From Candidatus Peribacteraceae bacterium (GTDB lineage: Bacteria > Patescibacteriota > Gracilibacteria > Peribacterales > Peribacteraceae), in the NCBI GenBank assembly GCA_041678625.1, contig JBAYNS010000001.1, forward strand, positions 1 to 41,616: a stretch of 41,616 nt of DNA, written 5' to 3'. The notes below the pieces were generated by a model. The model saw only the letters and a list, made by a program, of their open reading frames with translations. It searched no databases and was not told the DNA's origin. Every line of letters begins with the position of its first letter. Position 1 is the stretch's first letter. A program made the position numbers and the translations under genes. Below are positions 26,768 to 33,897 of this stretch, one piece after another.

Positions 26768-27208
26768 ATGACTCCACAAACTATTGGTCTTCTTGTCGGC
26801 GGCGTGGTTCCCGCAATTCTCTTTAGCTTCTCTAATATTTTCATGAAGGCAAGCATGGAGCAGGGGAGCAGCTTCCCTTTCTATCTGCTTAGCGTTGGCT
26901 TAGCTGTTGTTCTCACAAGTGTTGTTCTACTTTTTGTTTTTCATGACCGAACAATTACAACTTCCGGAGCGCTCTACGCATTTGGTTCTGGTGCATCATG
27001 GGCGATAGGAATTTCCTGCGCAATTTTTGCTTTGCACCACTTTGGAAGTCCGCTAAGCAAACTGGTACCGATCTTCAACATGAATACCCTCTTCTCCGTT
27101 CTGCTTGCACTCTGGATTTTTGCCGAATGGAAAACCACGCACGTCCCTCAGCTTCTTGTCGGGTCCGTTCTGATTGTTCTGGGCGGAGTGATCGTAAGCC
27201 GCGCCTAA
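26768..27208 (+). CDS. small DMT/EamA-like membrane protein
   Basis: 146 aa with 4-5 TM helices and a C-terminal LLVGSVLIVLGGVIV segment typical of EamA repeats. Confidence 0.5.
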   Translation: MTPQTIGLLVGGVVPAILFSFSNIFMKASMEQGSSFPFYLLSVGLAVVLTSVVLLFVFHDRTITTSGALYAFGSGASWAIGISCAIFALHHFGSPLSKLVPIFNMNTLFSVLLALWIFAEWKTTHVPQLLVGSVLIVLGGVIVSRA

Positions 27209-28326
27209 AGCAGAGCGATGGCACTGCGAATACCTTCTTCAAAATGCGTACGGGAAAAGAGGGTAGACCGTGCCGTTAGTACATTTTTTGTATAAGTTTT
27301 TTGTTCGCATTTTTCCATTGCTTGCAGCAGAGATTCTGCAGTCGGTTCCGTAAAGAATTCCCCCGTTTCTCCTTCCACGATTGTCTCCAGTGCTCCGCCG
27401 CTGCGGTAGGCGATCACCGGCGTTCCGCACGCCATAGATTCCAGCGGAACAAGACCGAAATCCTCATCGCCCGGGAAGAGTGTTGCCGTTGCATTCGTAT
27501 ACAGTTCACGGATTTTTTCCTGCGGCTGGAATCCCAAAAATTCCACCGTCGGTCCCGCACACTTTTCCAGTTCTTTGCGTGCCGGGCCTTCCCCAATGAT
27601 TTTCAGTGGTCGCTTTCCTTTGTTGCACGCTTCAATGGCGAGTTCAATACGTTTGTAATGGACGAGGGTGGAAACAACGAGGTAGTACGTACTGGTTACT
27701 GGTTGCTGGTTGCTGGTTACTGGTTGGAGCCAGAAGTCGTCTATGGGTGGATAGATCACGTCGCTTTCCCGTCGCCAGTAGAGTTCAATTCTCCTTTGCA
27801 CTTCCTTTGATGCTGCGAGCAACATATCCGGCCGTGCGGCTGCTTCGCTATCCCAGATACGCAATTGATGGAATGTACGTTCCAGATGTCGTCGCTTCAA
27901 AGGTCCTAGCATCCCTTTCCCTGCACGATCGAGTACATCGTGCGTGCGGTCCCACAGATAACGGGCAGGGGACTGAACGTAACACAAATGCTTCGGCTTT
28001 CCATTGGTGATGATGCCGTGTGCAAAAGCGGAGGAACTGCTGATCACCAGATCATAGTCGAAGAAATCCCAGGCCTCGACTGCTTTTGGAAATGCACGCA
28101 GATACAAATGATGGTTGTAACGATAGGGATCAGGGAATAGGGAATAGGGAATAGGGAGCTTTGCAGGAATGACACGATCTGCGGCAAACCAGTCGCCAAG
28201 TTTCTCTTTGTTATAGAGCAATGTGTAGATCGGAGCCTCCGGAAACATATTCGCAAAAATCTTGAGGACGCGTTCAGCACCACCTTTCATAGTGAGGAGT
28301 TCGTGGACAAGAGCGACTTTCATCAT
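27205..28326 (-). CDS. glycosyltransferase family 4 (GT-B)
   Basis: MKVALVHE...GGAERV N-terminus and a C-terminal EX7E-type region DEDFGLVPLESMACGTPVIAYRSGGALETI. Confidence 0.85.
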   Translation of the reverse strand: MMKVALVHELLTMKGGAERVLKIFANMFPEAPIYTLLYNKEKLGDWFAADRVIPAKLPIPYSLFPDPYRYNHHLYLRAFPKAVEAWDFFDYDLVISSSSAFAHGIITNGKPKHLCYVQSPARYLWDRTHDVLDRAGKGMLGPLKRRHLERTFHQLRIWDSEAAARPDMLLAASKEVQRRIELYWRRESDVIYPPIDDFWLQPVTSNQQPVTSTYYLVVSTLVHYKRIELAIEACNKGKRPLKIIGEGPARKELEKCAGPTVEFLGFQPQEKIRELYTNATATLFPGDEDFGLVPLESMACGTPVIAYRSGGALETIVEGETGEFFTEPTAESLLQAMEKCEQKTYTKNVLTARSTLFSRTHFEEGIRSAIALL

Positions 28327-28393
28327 AAGCGATTATGCAGTACAGAGGCGATGTTGGCGAATTTACATTTGTCTTTTAGTTTTTTGGTATAGA

Positions 28394-28708
28394 ATGCTCA
28401 CTATGCAAGAAATTCCATCAGGGCAGGTGCGTGTGGTAGCACATGTTCCTCGGGAACGGTTAGTCCAACTGACACAGGAAGCGCATAAGGCAGGAGTATG
28501 TATTGAAGATTATATCAGGGGGAAGCTTGCTACTGTCTTTGCAGTGCCAGGTACAGAAATTCATGAGGTGACACTGGAGCCGCGTCCGAATCCTGTAACG
28601 AGAGCAGCACGTGACTATTTTCATCTTTGCCGTGCTCCTCATACTCGTCAGGGTGATTCTCTCGAATTGCCACATGAACCTGGAACTTTTACGGTGATTG
28701 TTGATTGA
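28394..28708 (+). CDS. hypothetical protein
   Basis: 104-aa ORF from ATG 28394. No recognised motif. Confidence 0.35.
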   Translation: MLTMQEIPSGQVRVVAHVPRERLVQLTQEAHKAGVCIEDYIRGKLATVFAVPGTEIHEVTLEPRPNPVTRAARDYFHLCRAPHTRQGDSLELPHEPGTFTVIVD

Positions 28709-28772
28709 TACAGATTACACAGGTTATCTCTGTTCCAATCCTCCAGAATTTACGTACAATGCCCTTGCGCTT

Positions 28773-28847
28773 GGGTCAGTAGCTCAGTGGTAGAGCAGAG
28801 GCCTTTTAAGCCTTTGGCCGTGGGTTCGATCCCCACCTGACCCACCA
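28773..28847 (+). tRNA. tRNA-Lys(UUU), CCA encoded
   Basis: GGGTCAG/CTGACCC acceptor, D-arm GCTC-AGTGGTA-GAGC, anticodon loop CTTTTAA, T-arm GTGGG-TTCGATC-CCCAC. Length 75 nt. Confidence 0.92.
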
Positions 28848-28886
28848 TTCGTCGCCCCGCGTACGCGGGGCTCCTCATGGCAAGCC
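28848..28886 (+). repeat. GC-rich palindromic element (family member)
   Basis: TTCGTC-GCCCCGC-GTAC-GCGGGGC-TCCTCATGGCAAGCC, with a 7-bp stem at 28854-28871. Confidence 0.55.
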
Positions 28887-28908
28887 ATTTCTGCTACGTT
28901 CATATGCT

Positions 28909-29163
28909 ATGGCTTTTTTCACATATATTCTTGAGTTAGAAAATGGCTCCTATTATGTTGGGCACACGAGTGATCTGAAACGTCGTATCAAAGAACATCA
29001 AGAAGGTCGAGCATGTTCTCATACACGAAAATATCCCATAGTACGATTATGTTGGTATGAGAAACAACCCGATCGTTTTACTGCTGCCAAGCGAGAAAAA
29101 GAGATAAAAGGTTGGCGCAGAGAAAAGAAAGAAAAACTTTGGTTGGATGTGGGCTCGTCCTGA
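28909..29163 (+). CDS. stand-alone GIY-YIG nuclease family protein (UPF0213/YhbQ-like)
   Basis: Has FTYILELENGSYYVGHTSDLKRRIKEHQEG...AAKREKEIKGWRREKK, i.e. GIY..YVG, R and E in canonical spacing. Length 84 aa. Confidence 0.85.
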   Translation: MAFFTYILELENGSYYVGHTSDLKRRIKEHQEGRACSHTRKYPIVRLCWYEKQPDRFTAAKREKEIKGWRREKKEKLWLDVGSS

Positions 29164-29176
29164 GCATAACGAAGGA

Positions 29177-29199
29177 TTCGATCCCCACCTGACCCACCA
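29177..29199 (+). repeat. direct repeat: copy of the last 23 nt of tRNA-Lys
   Basis: Perfect 23/23 identity to 28825-28847. Confidence 0.9.
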
Positions 29200-29270
29200 A
29201 TCAGGAAAATGGTTTTAGTTTAAAAAGAAATGCGAAAGTTTTCTACGATCGAATATCGTTGCATTTTCTG

Positions 29271-29837
29271 TTACTTTTCTACCTCTACTATTCGACCAGA
29301 GTCAATTGTGTAGTAATCAGATAATCCTGTAGAACGTAGCCACTTTTCCAATTCTCCCTTCTGGGGTTTTGGGCGTATGCTCTCAATTTTCTCATCCATG
29401 AATTTTAGGAATCCTGCTCCTTTGTTTTTATCAATTTCTCTCAACATTGTGAGCTTCTGCAATTCGGGGTACATCGTGTATAAGTGATTCACTTCGACCA
29501 CTGCGTGTCCATTTTCTATGGAAAGCCAAAATCGATGCTGCAAGTCAATATACCCTCTTGAGGGATGATCCTTATTTTTTGTATGAAAGCCATCAATCCA
29601 TTCTTGTAATTGATCAGCTTTTACTGCACCTGTTGACAGTTTCTTGTTTAGCCTACCCAACCTTTCCTTTATATCCTTCTCCCAATTGCTAATATCTTCT
29701 TCCGTCATCCATTGAGTATGGTGTAGTTGTTCTACAACACCTATATCATTCCATAATCGCAGTATATCCAGCTGGATGTTCTCAGGTACATTTTCAGATG
29801 CACGTTCTTTTGAGCCAAAGAAATCTAATATTCCCAT
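29271..29837 (-). CDS. hypothetical protein (AT-rich orphan)
   Basis: ORF from ATG 29837 (MGILDFFGSKE...). A hand count of 29271-29330 gives 21/60 G+C. No recognised motif. Confidence 0.5.
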   Translation of the reverse strand: MGILDFFGSKERASENVPENIQLDILRLWNDIGVVEQLHHTQWMTEEDISNWEKDIKERLGRLNKKLSTGAVKADQLQEWIDGFHTKNKDHPSRGYIDLQHRFWLSIENGHAVVEVNHLYTMYPELQKLTMLREIDKNKGAGFLKFMDEKIESIRPKPQKGELEKWLRSTGLSDYYTIDSGRIVEVEK

Positions 29838-30123
29838 AGAAAAGGTTGGTATGTGTTTATATATTTTCAGTATAGCAAAATACACCCCTTTTCGCAACAG
29901 AAATCAGAGCACATAAAATTGTTACTATTCCCTAAATATCATCATACATGCAAAATTTCAGCAGAATTCTGACTAGCATAATTCTCTTTCGTCAGGCGGA
30001 ATCCCTGTGCATGGCAAGTCCTGTATGCTATCGGAGCATCAAAACTGAACAGGGAATATGTAACCTTCACATTCCGACCCGCTACCGATTTCATCGGTTT
30101 CATTTCCTTCTATACTGTACGTC

Positions 30124-30684
30124 ATGGCTACGGTATTCATCTTTCACGGTATTCAGGGGCATCCTGAAGAAAACTGGTTTCCTTGGCTTAAAAAGAAGCT
30201 AGAGGCAGAGGGGCATCAGGTTATTGTTCCGGCATTTCCCCATGCGGACCATCCGACATTGCAGGAGTGGCTCGATCACTTTGCGCAGTACACACAGCAC
30301 ATCGCCGAAGATTCTGTGATCATTGGACACAGCTTTGGAGCAGCTTTTGCATTACAGATATTGCAGAATCTTCCCCATCCTGTGCGAGCCAGTTTTTTCA
30401 TCGCAGCAGTCTACGACGTTATGGATAATGAGTTTGATAATCGTATGACGACATTCGTTGAAAATGGTTTTGCCTGGGAAACTATCAGAAAGCGATCAGG
30501 TCACGCGCATGTCATACACTCTGACAATGATCCATACATTGCTTTGGCAAAGGCACAGCACCTTGCGGAGATTCTGCGGGCGCCTTTAACTTTGATAAAA
30601 GGAGGAGGTCACTTTAATACGATGGCAGGATATTCCACATTCGATGCACTTTTCCAGAGTGTGCGGGAAGAGCTCAGCGAATAA
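30124..30684 (+). CDS. alpha/beta serine hydrolase, YdeN/RBBP9-like
   Basis: 186 aa with VFIFHG N-terminus, nucleophile elbow GHSFG, then SDNDPY and GGGHF, giving a Ser-Asp-His order typical of this small hydrolase family. Confidence 0.7.
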   Translation: MATVFIFHGIQGHPEENWFPWLKKKLEAEGHQVIVPAFPHADHPTLQEWLDHFAQYTQHIAEDSVIIGHSFGAAFALQILQNLPHPVRASFFIAAVYDVMDNEFDNRMTTFVENGFAWETIRKRSGHAHVIHSDNDPYIALAKAQHLAEILRAPLTLIKGGGHFNTMAGYSTFDALFQSVREELSE

Positions 30685-32148
30685 TTACGGATTTATGTAC
30701 TGCTCGCGCAGTTGTTGATAGAGCTCTCTCCCTTTTGGTGTGGGGTACTTTCCGTCTACACATGCCATGCATAAGTGTTTAGACGGCTTGTTGAGAGCTT
30801 GTGAAACAGCGCCCTTTGGTAGGAATTTTATTGATGTCACCTCAAGGCGCTGCGCCATTGCTTCCAAAATCTCTGGGCCCAGCGTGTCGCCGTGCAAGGG
30901 TTGTCCATTGGTGAATGCCGGGGCAAAGAGCTCCTTAATCGTTTGGATATCAATACCGTAGGGGCAAATGCCGAAGATGGGTGGGCACCCAAGACGCACG
31001 TGAATTTCGCGCGGCTGTGCCGCGCGGACATCCTGCAGCAGCCGCATGAGTGTTCTGGCGCGCACGATACTATCTTCCCAAATGATGGCGACTTTCCCCC
31101 GGAATTGCTCTGGGTGCACAAGGTGCTTTGCTTCTTTTTGCTCCAGCATAAACTCTCTTCCTCTGTGCTGCGGATTGCGTTCAATACCGCGATAGTTTGT
31201 GCGTAATCCCAGTGTCTGCGCGTAAGCGTTTCCTCCCGCTTTGGCGGATTCCGGAACGGGGAACACGATGTGATCAAAGCTCTTTTCCACAAACTCCGGA
31301 TCGATCTGTGCCATGAGCTTGCCTGTACGATGGCGAAAGTTCCGCACAGACTCTCCATCCAGTTTGGATTCTACGAATGCAAAGTACACCCACTCAAAAA
31401 AGCAGTGCGACAACTTCGGATCCTTGATGAGTTCCCTGAGCGACCACTGATTTCCTTCTGCATGAATGTGCCCGCCCGGGGGAACATCTTTGATGTAGGC
31501 ACCTTCCCACATCTGTCGTATCGGCCAGTCCTCCGATGCAACAACCATGAGGTCGTCCACAACAGAGTAGAGGAGCGGATGCTTGCCGGAGGCATCCCGG
31601 TACGCATCCAATGATGCCAAGTGTCCTTTATCTGCCGCCTGCAGTATGGCTACGTTGAATGCTCCATCGAATAGTTCTTCCATCCTCAGAAAAGTAGCTG
31701 CTGTACAGCGTTGGTGTACATCAGCGCTGATTTCTTCTAGCGCTACACGCAGCAGCAATTGCGTGTCTGTGATTTCCTCCGGCAGTTTTAAATCAGAGAA
31801 GTTGGCAAGCGTACCGTTGAATGCAACCGCTATTTTTCTCTGGGGATCCAGCAGTGGTTGATAGCATTCTCCGGGAGAGGTGCTGTAGCGCGTGTGGCCC
31901 ACGGCTGCGCGCGATGGATCCAGAAATAATCCCTGTGGTTCCGGAAAAACCCGTTGTGCCTGTCCTGGTCCTGCAATGACATCCAGTGTACGTCTACGCG
32001 TGTCATCCTTTGCCCGTGCGATACCTGCCGATTGCTGGCCACGGTGACCGAGTTCCCTAATACCGTGTACAACGTTTGGCATGAGCATACGGCCTCCGGC
32101 GAGGTCATAAACCGCAAAGAGTCCGCAATTGTGATTAAGCTCAGGCAT
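30685..32148 (-). CDS. purF: amidophosphoribosyltransferase (PurF-like, Ntn-glutaminase + PRTase, Cys ligands for an Fe-S cluster)
   Basis: Propeptide then Cys (MPELNHN-CGLFAVY), followed by GHRGQQSAGIA, VGHTRYST, AFNGTLAN, CFFEWVYFA, PRPP loop IIWEDSIVRART, CPPIFGICPYGID and CMACVDGKYP. Confidence 0.8.
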   Translation of the reverse strand: MPELNHNCGLFAVYDLAGGRMLMPNVVHGIRELGHRGQQSAGIARAKDDTRRRTLDVIAGPGQAQRVFPEPQGLFLDPSRAAVGHTRYSTSPGECYQPLLDPQRKIAVAFNGTLANFSDLKLPEEITDTQLLLRVALEEISADVHQRCTAATFLRMEELFDGAFNVAILQAADKGHLASLDAYRDASGKHPLLYSVVDDLMVVASEDWPIRQMWEGAYIKDVPPGGHIHAEGNQWSLRELIKDPKLSHCFFEWVYFAFVESKLDGESVRNFRHRTGKLMAQIDPEFVEKSFDHIVFPVPESAKAGGNAYAQTLGLRTNYRGIERNPQHRGREFMLEQKEAKHLVHPEQFRGKVAIIWEDSIVRARTLMRLLQDVRAAQPREIHVRLGCPPIFGICPYGIDIQTIKELFAPAFTNGQPLHGDTLGPEILEAMAQRLEVTSIKFLPKGAVSQALNKPSKHLCMACVDGKYPTPKGRELYQQLREQYINP

Positions 32149-32195
32149 GAGGAGTTATTCTCCTGCATTCAGGAGATATTGGTCTAGTAGATTCA

Positions 32196-32223
32196 TTGAC
32201 ATTATTTAAATCAATAGTACAGT
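32196..32223 (+). promoter_or_regulatory. candidate sigma70-type promoter: TTGACA-16 nt-TACAGT
   Basis: A perfect -35 at 32196-32201 and a -10 at 32218-32223. The ATG of the next ORF is at 32233, so the predicted leader is very short. Confidence 0.4.
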
Positions 32224-32232
32224 GAGAGTATT

Positions 32233-32607
32233 ATGGTAGCTCGTGTAGAAGATCACAGTGGACCTCGTGTCCATTCGACACCGGTAACCAGGGCAGAGAT
32301 TGAGGACGGCAACGTACCTGCTTGCACTCCTCTAGAAGCGGGAATTTCCATGCTTACCAGTAGTGCCGTTGAGCGGTTGCGAGAGTTGATTGCAGGTGGA
32401 GATGCCAATGTGGCACTTCCTGAGGACGAGCAGCAGCGTGATGAAAATGTGCATGGTAGGGCAGATGTTGTCCGGATTGCTGGTGTTCCTCATGCTGTGG
32501 CGCACCTCAAGCGCACACTTCAGTTTGCAATTGCAGCGCGGAATCGTATGCCTGATGTAGCAGCGCAAATTGATGCTGCGGAGTTAAGTGCGGATGTAGC
32601 TATCTAG
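32233..32607 (+). CDS. hypothetical protein
   Basis: 124-aa ORF downstream of the candidate promoter. No recognised motif. Confidence 0.35.
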   Translation: MVARVEDHSGPRVHSTPVTRAEIEDGNVPACTPLEAGISMLTSSAVERLRELIAGGDANVALPEDEQQRDENVHGRADVVRIAGVPHAVAHLKRTLQFAIAARNRMPDVAAQIDAAELSADVAI

Positions 32608-32667
32608 GAAAACGGTTCGGGATAATGTGATATGCATCGTGTATGAAGTGCGTATGATATTGCTGTT

Positions 32668-33432
32668 ATGATCGACAGTCATTGCCATTTGGCTGACCAG
32701 AAGTTTGCGCAGGATCGTGATGCGGTCATTAACCGTGCTGTTATTGCAGGAGTTGATCGTATGGTTACGATCGCTGACTCTCTTAGAGAAGGGGAACAGT
32801 GTCTTGCAATTGCGGAGAAGTTTCCTCAGGTGTTTTGTACCGTCGGTGTGCATCCTCATGGGGCTAGGATTTGGGTTAGGGCTAGGGATGAGCAATTATT
32901 GAGACAGTACTTTTCTCATGAGAAGGTTGTTGGTATCGGTGAGATCGGACTCGATTACCACTACGACCACTCTCCGCGCGATGTGCAGTGCGATGTCTTC
33001 CGCGTACAGATGGAACTTGCAAGAGAGCTTTCTATGCCGGCTGTTGTGCATTGCCGAGAAGCGATTGAAGACATCAAAAAGATTATCCGCAGCGTGCAGC
33101 CAGCGAAGTTGGTTCTGCACTGCTGTACGGAACGCTGGGAGGATGTGGAAGATTTGGTGAACGATGGGTATTTACTCGGATTCACCGGTATTGCCACATA
33201 TCCACATGCAGAGGAAATCCGGCGCACCATTGAGCATTGTCCGCTTGAACACATGCTCATAGAGACGGATGCACCGTATCTGGCGCCTGTCCCTCATCGT
33301 GGAAAGCGCAATGAACCGGCATTTGTGGTGGAAGTGGCCAAGCTCGTTGCCGATATTAAAGGCGTACCCTTCAAGGAAGTTGATCGCACAACAACACAGA
33401 ATACGGTGGCGTTTTACAGTCTTCCTTCGTAA
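32668..33432 (+). CDS. tatD: TatD-family metal-dependent hydrolase (YcfH-like)
   Basis: IDSHCHL, GVHPH, GEIGLDYHY, VVHCR, HC and ETDAPYLAP(VP)HRGKRNEP. Confidence 0.9.
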   Translation: MIDSHCHLADQKFAQDRDAVINRAVIAGVDRMVTIADSLREGEQCLAIAEKFPQVFCTVGVHPHGARIWVRARDEQLLRQYFSHEKVVGIGEIGLDYHYDHSPRDVQCDVFRVQMELARELSMPAVVHCREAIEDIKKIIRSVQPAKLVLHCCTERWEDVEDLVNDGYLLGFTGIATYPHAEEIRRTIEHCPLEHMLIETDAPYLAPVPHRGKRNEPAFVVEVAKLVADIKGVPFKEVDRTTTQNTVAFYSLPS

Positions 33433-33528
33433 GATTCTGTTTGTGCCCTCGTCCGCCTACGCCAAGGCTTTGGCGGACGAGTCACTCAGCTTATAATTCA
33501 TTCTCACAAGATTCGCTTCGTATTACTT

Positions 33529-33549
33529 GCCCCCGTAGGCTAATGGATA
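33529..33549 (+). pseudogene. tRNA 5' fragment (acceptor 5' strand + D-arm start), followed by a palindromic element
   Basis: In GCCCCCG-TA-GGCT-AATGGATA, the acceptor strand is complementary (with G.U) to CGGGGGT in the 3' fragment at 33744-33780. Confidence 0.55.
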
Positions 33550-33591
33550 CCCGCCTTCGTCCCGCATATGCGGGACTATGGGCGGGCAGGG
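33550..33591 (+). repeat. GC-rich palindromic element (family member)
   Basis: CCCGCC-TTC-GTCCCGC-ATAT-GCGGGAC-TATG-GGCGGG-CAGGG, with nested stems. Confidence 0.6.
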
Positions 33592-33642
33592 ACTGTTCGG
33601 CTTCCGGCCTGTCCACCGAAGCTTTCCTGTTTATTCTCATAT

Positions 33643-33719
33643 ACACCTGTAGCTCAATTGGATAGAGCGTCAGCTTCCGGAGCTGAAGGTTGTGGGTTCG
33701 AGCCCCGCCAGGTGTACCA
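33643..33719 (+). tRNA. tRNA-Arg(CCG), CCA encoded
   Basis: ACACCTG/CAGGTGT acceptor, GCTC-AATTGGATA-GAGC D-arm, anticodon loop TTCCGGA, T-arm GTGGG-TTCGAGC-CCCGC. Length 77 nt. Confidence 0.88.
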
Positions 33720-33743
33720 TTCAATTGATTGGCGAAGGTGGAA

Positions 33744-33780
33744 GCTGAAGATACAGGTTCAATTCCTGTCGGGGGTACCA
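33744..33780 (+). pseudogene. tRNA 3' fragment (anticodon-stem 3' strand to CCA), Gly-like
   Basis: GCTGA-AGAT-ACAGG-TTCAATT-CCTGT-CGGGGGT-A-CCA. The T-arm is perfect, but no matching 5' anticodon-stem strand lies upstream. Confidence 0.6.
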
Positions 33781-33781
33781 T

Positions 33782-33816
33782 CCGGCTTCGTCCCGCGTCC
33801 GCGGGACTACGCCGTG
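33782..33816 (+). repeat. GC-rich palindromic element (family member)
   Basis: CCGGCTTCG-TCCCGC-GTCC-GCGGGA-CTACGCCGTG. The stem is at 33790-33807. Confidence 0.6.
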
Positions 33817-33897
33817 ATTATTACTTCACATGCCGCCGGATGCCACGGCGAAATTTGCGGCAAAGCGGAGAACAAAGCCGGGCATTCGACTCGATTT

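Larger units (their letters stand above)
28848..29199 (+). mobile_element. mini-cassette inserted at the tRNA-Lys 3' end: palindromic element + GIY-YIG ORF + 23-nt copy of the tRNA 3' end
   Basis: 28825-28847 is identical to 29177-29199 (TTCGATCCCCACCTGACCCACCA). The 329 nt between them carry only the hairpin element and the GIY-YIG ORF. Confidence 0.55.

Noticed and set aside
30685-32148. The PurF-like PRTase as a defence-system effector, since PRTase domains occur in some retron and other defence modules.
   Set aside because: It has the full canonical PurF architecture, with an Ntn Cys nucleophile, glutaminase motifs and Fe-S Cys ligands. There is no adjacent reverse transcriptase, ncRNA or other defence gene.
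33529-33780. A functional split or intron-containing tRNA assembled from the two tRNA halves around tRNA-Arg.
   Set aside because: Positions about 22-38 (D-stem 3' strand, anticodon stem 5' strand and anticodon) are missing from both halves. The intervening 194 nt contain a complete independent tRNA. The flanking elements are same-sense, not complementary. It is more parsimoniously a degraded gene.
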